This document shows, one piece after another, positions 29,772 to 41,465 of a stretch of 64,000 bases of DNA. The notes beneath the pieces are model-generated. The model was not told the DNA's origin. It searched no databases and saw nothing but the letters and a program-made list of their open reading frames with translations. The stretch lies in NCBI RefSeq assembly GCF_009914755.1, contig NC_060926.1. The stretch is one strand, 5' to 3'. The position numbers were made by a program, and so were the translations under genes. Every line of letters starts with the position of its first letter. Positions within the stretch are counted from its first letter, which is position 1. Origin of the DNA: the human T2T-CHM13v2.0 reference genome, Homo sapiens.

Positions 29772-31106
29772 CTAGCTTTCATTTAAAAATAATGGTACTG
29801 AAAGCCTACAGTATTGTACACTTTGGGACATTTTATTTGCAAAAAGTGATAAAACATATCCCATTTGTGGCTTCAATGCACTTTACCACTCATGCATTAT
29901 GTAGGCATCTCAAATAGTAAACAAAATTTATGACTTGTAAGATGGTTTTTGACTGTGATTTTGAAAGGCCAGATGAAATTTAACATTTTTAGTCTGGATT
30001 CTCTCAAATTTTCTGGTCATTGATTTGTAAATAACAAGTACAATTATTTTCTTCACTTTTTCTGTGGAGAGAAAAGAATCACTAAAATGACTGGAATGGT
30101 TAAACAGGACAAATGAGAGAGAATATAAAGTAAAGAGACATCTTCTCCTATAATATTTCAACCATAAATAATACTCAGTAGAACATATCGCATAGTCACT
30201 TACATCATCTCAACTGAAGGTTACAGATAAACTGGGCCAAAAACAGCATCTTGTAAAAGGGTAATATGTGTTGCAAAGCTACTGAGTTGGGGGACTCACT
30301 TACATAGAGTCATCTATTCTCAAAACCTTCCTCATTTCAAAGAACTGAGTGTGTATAAAGAAACTAAAGCAAAAGGATCAGTTCTAAATGCAAAGTCTAG
30401 GTGGGGGAAAAAGGAAGCATAAAATAAAGTAAAAAGCAGCCTCCCTCCTCCTCAACTTTGGGGTACCCTTGTCTTCATAGAGATCTCAACCATTGGGCCA
30501 AGGAAGAGATCAGCAAGAAGGGCCCTTCAAAGGTAGGGACAGCCCTCTGGGATGGATCTTTAAAAATCAGGCGGGGACTCTCTGCTCAGGGAACAGTACA
30601 GGTGTGTGTGTGGGTACAGTGTTCTTTGAGAAGGTCATTGTGGACACAGGATACAAGGCCAGAGCAGGAAACCTATTGGGGTCAATAACAATATCACCTT
30701 TTCCCCATTTCCAGTTTGCTATTTTTTTTTTGCCCATTTTCCAGTTTAAACCTGATCTGAGGAAATGTCATCAATCTCTAAGACGTCTTACTCTAGTCTG
30801 ATGACTATCCACACTTAGGGCACATCCTGCCTTAACCCTGGCACTTTACCCATTCTTTCTCTTTTGTCCCCTATACTAACATAAGCATACCAACACCTCT
30901 TCTCACTTTCTATTCAAAACAAACCCTGCATCATCAACAAATCTCTCAGACACAGGCATTCTGCAAGTGTCCATTCATAGCATTAAAGTGAGTCAGCCCA
31001 GATATCCTTCCCTTTACTTTCCTTCTGGTTCAGGCTCCACCCGCTACCACAACCCCAAATCAAAGCCCCATCTTTTAAATATATCTTGCATGGTATTGTT
31101 GCTTAG

Positions 31107-31577
<471 letters not shown>

Positions 31578-32990
31578 TCTTTTTTTTTTTTCCACTACCA
31601 TGGCACACAGTCAAATCTATTATCCTTACTTCCATTTTCTATCCAAACCAAAAAGTCAACTCTCAAAGAGCTTGGAAGTTTCACTAGGGCTGTTTTTTCC
31701 TTGGGATCTGACTTTAAACCTCATCCTGATAATAAAGGTCTCAAGAGAGTCTCCTCTTTGTCTCCCCAAACAAAGTTACAGTCCCACCCACTTAAGGGTT
31801 TATTCCCCCTTTCAAAGATGCCAATTCAGAACATAGTTCTGCTTCTAGAAAAATTTATTCCCATTTTCTCCAATCCTTACCCAAAAACCTGTGTACCAAG
31901 TGACTTCAAGCCCCTCCCCCCAAAAATATATACACAGGGCTTCCATCAAACATATTTCCTACTGTCTCTATCATTTCTGTATATGATCAATAATTCATCT
32001 GCTTCCTAAGGTATTTCCTCCATTCCTAAAAATATAAACACACATAGTTGAACCCATTAGAAGCAATAAAGGTGCAGAAATAAGAAAGAGAGCAATAGAC
32101 GCGGAAAAATGGCCAACTGTCTTGTCCTCGCTGTTCATTATCCTTCTCCCATTTCAAGTACCTGGCTATTTCAATGTATTGTTTCCACCCTTGTAAGAAT
32201 AAGGTGCATTTTGTCTAGTGAGGCTTCTCTTTGTTTTGCTGGGTCAAAACTGGGAGAAAGTATATGACAAGAGATGAATTATTCTATGATACACTATTTT
32301 TTTCCCCTCCAAATGTACAGCCATGATGTATTTTCTGTTAGTTGCTTGGTCCTTAAAATCTAATTTGCTTAAGTCAATCCCAAACTAGAAAAGGAGAAAA
32401 TCATAAAGATATGGTCCTTAGTCTTCTAATTATCACTACGAGTCATCTATCTTCTGCAGCCAGAGCCTCCAAACTGAGGAATCCACTGAAATGAAGACAT
32501 GTTGACCCTAAATTCTAAATACCTTTTGCCACAGCATCACTATATCACTTTCCTTAGGTAAATGAGGTTGGCTTGGGTTGAAAATGTGAAAAATTAAAGA
32601 AAGTATTAAAGGAATCAGTCAATCCCCTTCTCACCCCACTACTACTGCCCACCCCGTCCCAGCCTCTGCCCAATTCCTGGCTTAAAAATGATCATCTCTT
32701 CTACCTATCTGGTGAATGATTATTGTTCTCAACCACTGCACTTTATATATATTCTCTGTTTTAATCCATCCCAAGACCCTCGGAGGTAGGTTTTAACATT
32801 CCCATTATACGGCTTAGAAGAATAAGGCCCTAAATGGAAAATAATGCCAAAGGACCATGTCAGTCAACAGAGTTATTTAACAGAGCCCATGCTAATCCTT
32901 TGTTAATACTGTAAATTACGGAACACCTTAAAGACTGTATGGATTCAGAACTCCTAAGATTTTTGAAATTTAAAATTTAAAAATGCATAC

Positions 32991-33123
32991 CTGTTTTTTC
33001 CTTGAATTTGCTTTGGGAAATAGGTCTGCTGACAACACAGATGTAAATGGAGAACAGCATAGCTCAGGAAAAGGGTTTGGAATAGATGGCATTTCCGGAA
33101 CATCAAGATCTTTCTTTTTTCTC
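32991..33123 (-). CDS. GRB14: GRB14 coding exon 2 (RKKKDLDVPEMPSIPNPFPELCCSPFTSVLSADLFPKANSRKKQ)
   Basis: Acceptor tactgtAG|G (AG at 33125-33124) and donor CAG|GTATG after 32991. 133 nt = 1 nt completing Arg64 plus 44 codons, in frame with exon 1. Contains the Grb7/10/14 conserved PSIPNPFPEL motif. Confidence 0.97.
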
Positions 33124-34427
33124 CTACAGTAAGAGAACATAGGATGTAATTTACATAAAACAGAATGTAAAATATAATTGCTGTCAGGAATAAAAAGTGT
33201 GCTAAGGCGAACATGTACCACTCTGTGACAAGGCTCATATTATATAAAGTATATAGAAAAGGTCTGTGATGTACTTTCTATGGGTCAAAATACAGTATGT
33301 TAATTAGATACAAACAAATCTCCTATAGTTCCTCTCTTTCTGTCTCTCTCTCTCTCTCTCTCTCTCTCCCCTCCCACCACCCCTCCCCCCCCCCCCACCG
33401 CCTTCTCTCTCTCTTGCCTTTAAATCACCAGGCATAGAAACTCCATCACTTTTGATAATTTTCCTGAAACAGAAAAATAGACTATACAATTACTAATCCA
33501 AACATCACCTGAGAAGTCATACATTGTTATGCATCCATGATATTGACAGTCTCTAAGTTGCATTTAGTGCATTCATCCTTATGATATTTTACTAATCACT
33601 TTTGGAAGTTATGATTTATTAATTATAGCTGTGGTTCATCTCACTTCAAATTTCATTCACAATGTTGCCCACACACAGTCTGTTGATTTTTCAAGCGCTT
33701 ATAGATATTAAACAGCAAGGCAGTGTTTTGAGGCGGTAAGTTAATAGAACTTGCTAGTATAAATGTACTATAGTCCACTGGAGAGTAATTTTAACTTCAC
33801 TGAAGTTGGAGCGCTTTGAAAATCAGGAAAAAAAAAGTAACATTTAAATGTATGAATATAAAGGACTATAGATTTTTGTATTGCTGTAACCCTTTTTCTT
33901 TCCGAAAGTATGTGCAACTCTAAAGGCACTTAGTGCTGAATGCTATGGAGATTGGGAAACCCTTTAAAGCCTCTATTCTTTCCTGCCGAACAGCAAGACT
34001 GCTCGAATGTCAATCCATGCTTTGCTTCTACAGGGTCGCTGTAAGACTCTATGTGGGAGGTGAATACATTTATGCTACGATTTTTTTAAAATATATAAAA
34101 TAAAATAGAGTTTACTTTGTGAAAATGCATGGCCACGAAGGAACAGAAGGTGATCAGCCTGCAGCCTGAGCTCCTAGTTTCACCACCGATGGGCAGAGGC
34201 GAGAGAGATGAGAGCTCTCAATGAAACGGTGATGCTATTTATAAGGCGCTGTGAGATCGCAATGTCCTGCTGATCCGGTAGGAGCCAGCTCAAAGGGGAT
34301 TGTCTTCAGAGACTTTTACAAACTTGGCCCAGCTCTGGGCACATGGCTCACCCCCTAGGACCGCCTCCTCACCCCCTCGCCGGCTGCCCAGCCAGGACAC
34401 TCCCCCGCGCCCTCCAGGGTTGCCTAC
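33124..34427 (-). other. GRB14: GRB14 intron 1 (1304 nt, GT-AG)
   Basis: Bounded by the exon 1 donor and the exon 2 acceptor. Confidence 0.95.
33332..33415. repeat. (CT)n plus C-rich tract in GRB14 intron 1
   Basis: Directly visible. Confidence 0.9.
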
Positions 34428-34618
34428 CTGTCTGCAGCACAGCCGCGGGTCCCGTCCGGAAGGGGCAGGAGCGCTCGCGCGTGCAGCCAGGGGGCCGGCG
34501 CCAGGTCGTGGGCGTCGCCCCTCCCCTGGGCAGCGCCACACACCTGGGCGGCCAGCGGCGAATCCCGGGCAGCCGCCCTGCTCGCGGCGCTCTGCCCATC
34601 TTGCAGGGAAGTGGTCAT
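34428..34618 (-). CDS. GRB14: GRB14 coding exon 1 (Met1 to the first two nt of Arg64)
   Basis: ORF 34424..34618(-) MTTSLQDGQSAASRAAARDSPLAAQVCGAAQGRGDAHDLAPAPWLHARALLPLPDGTRGCAADR matches the human GRB14 N-terminus as I recall it. It ends at donor CAG|GTAGGC (GT at 34427-34426); 191 nt, phase 2; lies in the CpG island. Confidence 0.97.
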
Positions 34619-34790
34619 TGTCGCCGGCCGGGGGGCTCGGGCGTCATGGGAGACTCGGCGCGTGGGGAGAAGGGGTTTGCGCGGCGGGAGGCGAGGTGCC
34701 GGCTAGGCAGCCCGAGCGCTCTGCAGGTGTGGTGGCCTCGCCGCCTGCGCTCGGGGCCCCGGCGGCTGAGACGCGCGGCCGAGCTATCTG
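34619..34790 (-). other. GRB14: GRB14 5' UTR part of exon 1 (TSS approximate)
   Basis: GC-rich sequence between the ATG and the GC-box cluster at 34800-34900. The exact TSS cannot be read from sequence. Confidence 0.55.
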
Positions 34791-35479
34791 CGAGGCGGCG
34801 GGGGAGGGGAGGGGGCGGAGGAGGAGGGTGGGGAGAGGGGAGGAGCGGCCGGTGGGTGGGGGCCGCGGGCGGCGAGGCAAGGCGCGGAGGGGGCGGGGAG
34901 GGCGCGAGAGCGGCTGGCCGGCCCCGCGCGTGGCCCGGGGCGCTCGGGGCCACTGGCATTGCTCCCGCGCCGTCCCATCCGGGACGCGAGGCCGGGACCG
35001 CCGCCTCCTCAGGTGGGCACCGGGGCGCGAGGCTGAGCCCAGGGTCTGGGCGGCCCCGGCGCCGCTGGAGGCGGGGACCCAGCCGAGCGGGCGCTCCCGC
35101 TGGGCTTGCCGGGAGGACCGCAGGCGGGATAGGGGTCCGCGCAGCCCTGACCCTCATACCCTTGCATTCTTTCTGCTCTGCCATCTGAGATCACCTAAGC
35201 TGTTGCTGGGCCGCCATGACAGTCCCCACCGGGCCAGGAGGCCAGGACACCAGAGGGTTTGCCCCAGTCCTTCCCCACGTGCCTCTTCTTCCATCCACTC
35301 CGCAGCCAAAGATTGGGGGGTTGATAGGGAGCAAGGAGTCCAATCATTATAGAAAACTACTGAGATTTTGAGAATTCTCAGTAAAGCATGAGTAAACCTG
35401 AAGGTGTCTGGAATTAGAAAGACTATTAGTTTTATGGTAATGAGAGAAGCTTACATTAATGAATTCCAGGTTGCCTTAC

Positions 35480-35640
35480 GCTACCTATTCCATCCTCTCA
35501 ACAGCTCCATAAATTAGATGTTTATCTCATTTTACACAAAAGGAAACTGGGGCTCAAAGCCATCGAGTACCTTGCACTAGTAACATAGCACTAGTAGCTG
35601 GTGGAGTCAATATTCCAACCCAGAAGCTTCCTTCTCAAAA
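35480..35640 (-). mobile_element. MIR fragment
   Basis: ctcattttacacaaaaggaaactggggctcaaag...ctagtagctggtggagtc. Confidence 0.6.
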
Positions 35641-36141
35641 ACCCAGACTGTTCGAAATAGTAATGACATTATTATGCTCACCCTCTGAGATGCAGCAACC
35701 CTACTCTGAAATGCTGGGTGATCCTGTTTCTGCTCTTCCAGTAAGTGTGCCCGTCCCTATGCACCGTTGAGGATTTCCAAATGTTTCACAGGGTCTTTGT
35801 TCTTTGACCAAATTAGGTAATATCTGTCCCTGGCATCTGCTTTACCAGGTTTTCTTAATTTCAACAACCTCTGCCCAGGGAAAGGTAAACACTGCCTCCA
35901 GAAGAAAGCAGCAGCTCCCCTCCCCCATCTCAGTGCATTCTCTCCCACCGAGGCACCGACCACTGGAGAACCCAGGGGTCACTAATTCCCAACCTGTGAG
36001 GAAACCTGGGGCACTCCGTGAAGACAGAAAATCCTTGAGTCACAGTTCAGGGAATCCAAGTTCTTTATTTTCCTAATGTCAAAATTAAGGCCCAGAAGTG
36101 ACCTGGGTCACAGCGGGTGTGATCTCTGGGATCTTTTATAC

Positions 36142-36483
36142 CAGGGGTCCCCAACCCCTGGGCCCTGGACCACACCATACCAGTCCATGGACTGTGAGAA
36201 ACCAGGCCGCACAGCAGGAGGTGAGCGGCTGGTGAACCAGCATTACCGCAAGAGCTCTGTCCCCTGTCAGATCAGCTGGGCATTAGATTCTCATAAGAGA
36301 GCGAACCCTATTGGTGAACTATGCCTGCCAGGGATCTAGGTTGCTCCTTATGAGAATCTAACAAATGCCTGATGATCTGAGGTGCAACAGTTTCATCCCG
36401 AAACCATCACCCCCACCCCATCCGTGGAAAAATTTTCTTCCATGAAGCCGGTCCCTGGTGCCAAAAAGGTTGGGGACACTGCA
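36142..36483. mobile_element. MER1B hAT-Charlie MITE
   Basis: TIRs caggggtccccaaccc...aaggttggggacactg, ~340 bp, flanked by (t/g)tttatac on both sides. Confidence 0.88.
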
Positions 36484-36889
36484 GTTTATACAATACTTTG
36501 GCTAAGCTAGGACAAAATGGTGATTCTCTTTCTCAGGAAGAAAATAATAATACTAATCATGGTGATAACTAACATTTATTGACACATGTGCCAGACAAAG
36601 CCCTCACTCACATCCAGTTCTCTGAATTACAGATTCTATGCCTGAGTTTAAGTGAATTTAATTTAAAAGCATACAGATATACTGAGGTTATTCCAGCAAA
36701 AAACAAATGAGGTATGTAGTTGCAGACAACTTGAACTAAAGAAACAAAGAAATAAGTAAACTTTAATCATTAACATCATTATCCCAATTTTATCCAGAAC
36801 TCTTGCAGGCAGTCACTTCTTCTAAGAATAATATAGTTGAGCACATGAATTAGTGGCTGAAGTTTACACTGTCTCCACTCCCAACAACA

Positions 36890-36917
36890 CTCTCTCTCTA
36901 TCTCTCCTCCTCACCTC

Positions 36918-36966
<49 letters not shown>

Positions 36967-36978
36967 CGGGGGTGGGAC

Positions 36979-37010
<32 letters not shown>
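36890..37010. repeat. Compound microsatellite (CT)n-(CA)~18-(GA)n
   Basis: Directly visible; the CA run spans ~36928-36964. Confidence 0.95.
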
Positions 37011-38064
37011 CACACTTTTGATTTTTTTTTTTTCTTGGGGAAAGGGATAGGTGGAATCTGTATATGTCTTTGGAATCACTGGAAATGCTATTCCCCAATG
37101 GTGCATCCTGCTCCACATCCTAGCATAATTGCCATAATTTCTTAACCTCAAGAAAGAGTATTCCTTGGCTGGAAATATATCTCTATTTTGTCTCCCCTTT
37201 CCAAGCATTCTCCTATTTAGTGGAAATCCAAGGAGGGTCAATTTGCAGGCTTTATGCTCGTCCTCTGACCCCAATGGGTAGACATTGTAATCCTTGAGAT
37301 TACCAGGGGCAAAAAGAAAAGGAACAGGTCTCTGAGAATGAGAAACTAAATAATTTTTTCTTGTAGATTGGCACTAAATGTTAAATTTACTCCCAGTAGT
37401 ACCTTGAGAATCTGTACCAAGAGTTTTTAGAATTAGCTCATTCACATTTTTGAAGCAAGTCAATAAAGGAACTAGGTTTTTTTATCCAAGTGGTTTACAA
37501 GAAATGATTCTAAATAAAGAACTATGCAGTATAAAAGGTACAGAATCCTGTCAGACCTGCTACAGCCTAAGAAAATAGAGGTATTTTTCTATGAAAGAGA
37601 AGTTTTAAAAGAGAAATTTTCATCCTCATAATGGACAGATTTCTGAAACAATAAAGCAGATATGTGGGTATCAAAGAGCAATATCAGTCCCCTGGGTGGC
37701 TGTCCGCCTTTTGGACTTGGGCCTGTAAAATTGCAGAGAAGCAGCTTGTCCCCTGGCCCCTTTCCTCTGAGGGCCTTTTTTACTCTTTGTCCCTCCCTTT
37801 CCTGTCTTTCCTCAGGAATCCCAGTCTTCCTACCCCTCCTGGAAAATGTGTCCTCATTGCATTCCTCTCTCTCTCTCTGCTCATCAATTAAATTTCTTAA
37901 CCCTTTGTATTGTGAAAGATAACACACATACAGAAAAGAAGTTCATAAACAACAATGTATAATGGCTTATCACAAGGAAAATACTGATGTCAGGCCATGA
38001 AACAGATTCTTGTCAGCCTTCCGGAAACTCCTCTTTTGCCCCTCCCTTCAATTAAAAGTTAGTT

Positions 38065-38453
38065 TCTTTCTTGCTTGCTTGCTTGCTTGCTTGCTTTTCT
38101 TTCTCTCTCTCTCTCTCCCCCTCTTTCTCTTCCTTTCTTCCTCTCTTCCTTCCTTCCTTTCTTTCTTTCTTTCCTTTTATTTTGCAGTGTCTCTATTGCC
38201 CAGGCTGGAGTGCAGTGGCAGGAACATAGCTCACTGCAGCCTTGACATCCCAGGCTCAAGCAATCCAGCCACCTCAGCCTTCCAAATAGCTGAGACCACA
38301 GGCACATGCCACCACATTCAGCTCTTTACTTTTAGTAGAGATGAGGTCTCATCATGTTGCCCAAGTTGGTCTCAAACTCCTGGGCTCAAGCAATCCTCCT
38401 TCTCCAGCCTTCCGAAGTACTGAGATTACAGGCTTCAGACACCACTCCCAGCC
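38065..38453 (-). mobile_element. AluJ with an expanded (CTTG)n/(CT)n/(CTTT)n tail
   Basis: catagctcactgcagccttgacatcccaggctcaagcaatcc, J-type diagnostics. Confidence 0.85.
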
Positions 38454-39102
38454 CAATTCAAATGTTCAGAATAATCAAATCCTTCTTTTTGTTTATAGTT
38501 TACACCTAACTATCCATCCCTAAACAAAATAGATTAGGTTTTCTAGATTTGCTCTTTATATAAATGGAATCATACTGTTTCGCCCTTTTATGTTTGACTT
38601 GGTTCCCTTAATATTACGTTTGTAATATTCTTCCATGCAGTTGCAAGTAGCTGTAGTCTTTTTGTTTTTCTATTGTATGTAATACCACAATTTACTGATC
38701 CATTTTACTGCAGAAAGATATCTAGGCTGTTTCCAGCTTTGACTATTATTAATACTGCCACAATGCACATTTTGCACACTTCCCTTGGTATGCATAGGCA
38801 TGCACTTCTGGGAGGTATACATGTAGGAGTGGCATTGTGAGGTCATGGTATATATATATGTATGTTCGGTTTTAGTAGATATCGCAGTTTCCCAAATTGT
38901 TTGTATTGATTTTATCACTACCAGGAATGCATAAGCTTCCCCAGTTCTTCACATCCTTGACAATTAGTATATTAGAATTGTCACAGTAGATAGACATTCT
39001 GGTGAGTGCATAGCAGTATCTCATTGTGGAATTCAACTTTTCTTTATGACTAATGAGTTTGAGCAATTTTTTCTATGATGAGTTGCCATTTGGACATCCT
39101 CT

Positions 39103-39273
39103 TTTTGTTTTTCTTTTTTGTGAGTTGGAGTCTCATTCTGTTGCCCAGGCTGGAGAGCAGTGACACAATCATGGCTCAGCTCACTGCAACCTCAACCTCC
39201 TGGGCTCAAACAATCCTCCCTCCTTGAGTTCCCAAAGTGTTAGAATTATAGGCGTGAGCCCCAGAGCCTGGCC
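39103..39273 (-). mobile_element. Alu monomer (FLAM/FRAM-like)
   Basis: Single-arm reverse Alu of ~150 bp. Confidence 0.75.
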
Positions 39274-39916
39274 AGGACATTTCTCTTTTGATGGACCAAT
39301 TCAAATATCTTGCCCATTCTTATGATGAGTTGTTTGTCTTTTTCTTACTCACTTATGAGTTATTTTTAAGTTCTGTTTTTATCTTATGGTGTGAAGGTAT
39401 ATAGGTTGTTTTTATTAATATGAATAAGTGATATCACAGCCTCACTCATAGAAAAGATTATCCTATCCTCACAACTTTGCAGTGGCTCCTTAGTCATAAT
39501 TCAATTGCTGATCTACCCATAGGTCTGCTCTGGGCTCCCTCTTCTATTCCTCTAGTTTATTTACCAATATTTATGTCAATATCACATTGCCGTAATCATT
39601 ATGATTTATAACAAGTCTTAATATTCAATGAAGCAGGGCTTTTCATTCTGTTCTTCAAGATGGATTCTTCAAGATAGTCAACAGCACAGATCTTAGTCTT
39701 AGTTCTGATCTCAAAAGGATGGGTATTAAATATGATATCATATCTTTATCACAGATATCCTTTATCAGATAAGAGAGGAGAAGGGTTCCCTCATTTTCTT
39801 TGTTTGCTAAGAATTTTTATTATGAATGAATACTATTAAATCAACTTTTCTGCCTCTAGAGTTGATCATATGGTTTTTCTCCATCATTCTATGTATTAAA
39901 AAGTAGTTATGATGAC

Positions 39917-40210
39917 TTTTTTTTTTTTTTTAGATGGAGTCTTGCTCTGTCGCCCAGGCTGGAGTGCAGTGGTTCAATCTCTGCTCATAGAAGCTCCGCC
40001 TCCCAGGTTCATGCCATTCTCCTGCCTCAGCCTCCCAAGTAGCTGAGACTACAGGCGCCTGCCTGTAGTCCCAGCTAAATTTTTCTATTTTTAGTAGAGA
40101 TGGGGTTTCACCGTGTTAGCCAGGATGGTCTTGGTCTCCTGACCTCGTGATCCGCCCGCCTCGGCCTCCCAAAGTGCTGGCATTACAGACGTGAGCCACT
40201 GAGCCCGGCC
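39917..40210 (-). mobile_element. AluY carrying an internal 17-bp hairpin
   Basis: aagctccgcctcccaggttcatgccattc and ccgtgttagccaggatgg. See findings. Confidence 0.92.
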
Positions 40211-40627
40211 TAACTGTGTTGACTTTTTTAATGGTAAACTAAGTGTACATTCATAGGATAAACCCTACTCATATCTATACATATATTTAATAAGATTGCT
40301 AATATTTTGTTTAACATTTTTGCACCTATGTTCATGAGTGAGATTGGCCTGAATTTTTCTTTCTCATAATATTCTTCTGAGATGTTTGTATAGGGTAATG
40401 ATGGCCTTGTTAGAAGTGGAGAGTTTTCCCTCTTTTTCTTTCTTTAAAGAGTTTATACAGATTATTTCTTATATAAACTGTGTTATTTCTTCCTTAATAG
40501 TTAATAAAATTTACTTGTTAAGCCATCAGACTTTTTCTTTGTGGTCGTTTTCTTTGTGGAAAAGTTTTTAATAAATGATTCAATATCTTTAATAGTTATA
40601 GGACTATTCCAAATTCTTATTTTTTCT

Positions 40628-41465
40628 TTTTTTTTTTGATGGATAGCATAGCTTTATTCAGAGTGAAACCTTCCTTTCACAGAAGAATAATAAAGGTAAA
40701 ATAGAGGTACTCTTGTAGATCTGAAAAACAGCTTTCATGGGCTAGTCCAGGGGGAATAACCACCGGGAGCGGGGGTTCTTACCTGAGTGTTAGGATGCCG
40801 GATGCCCTTGTCTGAGATTGCAGTGTGACTCTCATTTCCTCCCAGGGAGCTGCTAGAGATTAGGACATGGGTGACAGGAAAGCTAATTGCCTCACCTTAC
40901 CAAGTGGCTCTCCATAAAGAAACACTTACGGCAGACAAGATCACTTTGGGGAACAATAGGTCTTTCCCACTTATCCACACCATCTCGAGGAAAGGCAAGA
41001 ATCTGCTGGGGAACATGCATCTATCCTGCTACCCCTTCCATCCTCAAGAAGACTCTTACTGGCCCTCATGAAAGTCCTCCCTTGTTCTTGATGCAGAGAA
41101 GTGTCTGCAGACATTTATTCCTGTGGTCTTCTGCTTCCTGCTCACCCTCCGGAACCAGAGTCAGGGGCTATTCAGACTGGCACAGCCAATGTGTCCTACT
41201 GAGGAGCTCCTTTGCTGCTGTGTTTTGAACCCATGACCCTCACCCTGAGCACAGCCAGTTGGCCCAGGTAAGGGTGGTGCTGATGCAAATGCAGCATCAA
41301 AAGGCTGGCCAATCACCTCTCACCTACAGATATTAGGTTGGTGCAAAAGTAATTGTGGTTTTTTCAATTACCACAAGTACTTTTGCACCAGCCTAACACA
41401 ATCAGTCCTAAGCCTGAGCAATTCTACTTCCTAAGTATTTCTCCCTCTTTTCTGTTCACATCTCT
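40628..41465 (-). other. Probable L1 3'-transduced segment with AATAAA and poly(A)
   Basis: Non-L1 sequence downstream of the L1PA tail. AATAAA at 40658-40653, 15 nt before poly(A) at 40637-40628. Enclosed with the L1 by TSD ATTTTTTCT. Confidence 0.75.
41333..41396. mobile_element. MADE1 (mariner-derived MITE), internally shortened
   Basis: TIRs ttaggttggtgcaaaagtaattgtgg...ccacaagtacttttgcaccagcctaa, preceded by TA. Confidence 0.88.

Larger units (their letters stand above)
34190..35310. promoter_or_regulatory. GRB14: CpG island / GRB14 promoter, apparently TATA-less, with Sp/KLF GC boxes
   Basis: Sharp switch to very high GC and unmutated CpG density against an AT-rich background. GGGGCGG/GGGGAGGGG boxes at ~34800-34900. 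Overlaps exon 1. Confidence 0.92.

Noticed and set aside
32970-33221. Full 83-aa ORF starting MVHVRLS
   Set aside because: Only 32991-33123 is exonic; the rest is intron read in frame.
34300-35352. Long + strand ORFs (350 aa and 281 aa) and the 189-aa minus-strand ORF across the CpG island
   Set aside because: Gly/Arg/Pro/Ala-rich low-complexity products expected from stop-poor GC-rich DNA, with no recognisable domain. Only the last 10 codons of the 189-aa ORF are kept, as the uORF.
40628-41465. Standalone processed pseudogene
   Set aside because: No recognisable coding sequence and no TSD of its own; the only TSD pair encloses it together with the L1PA, which favours 3' transduction.
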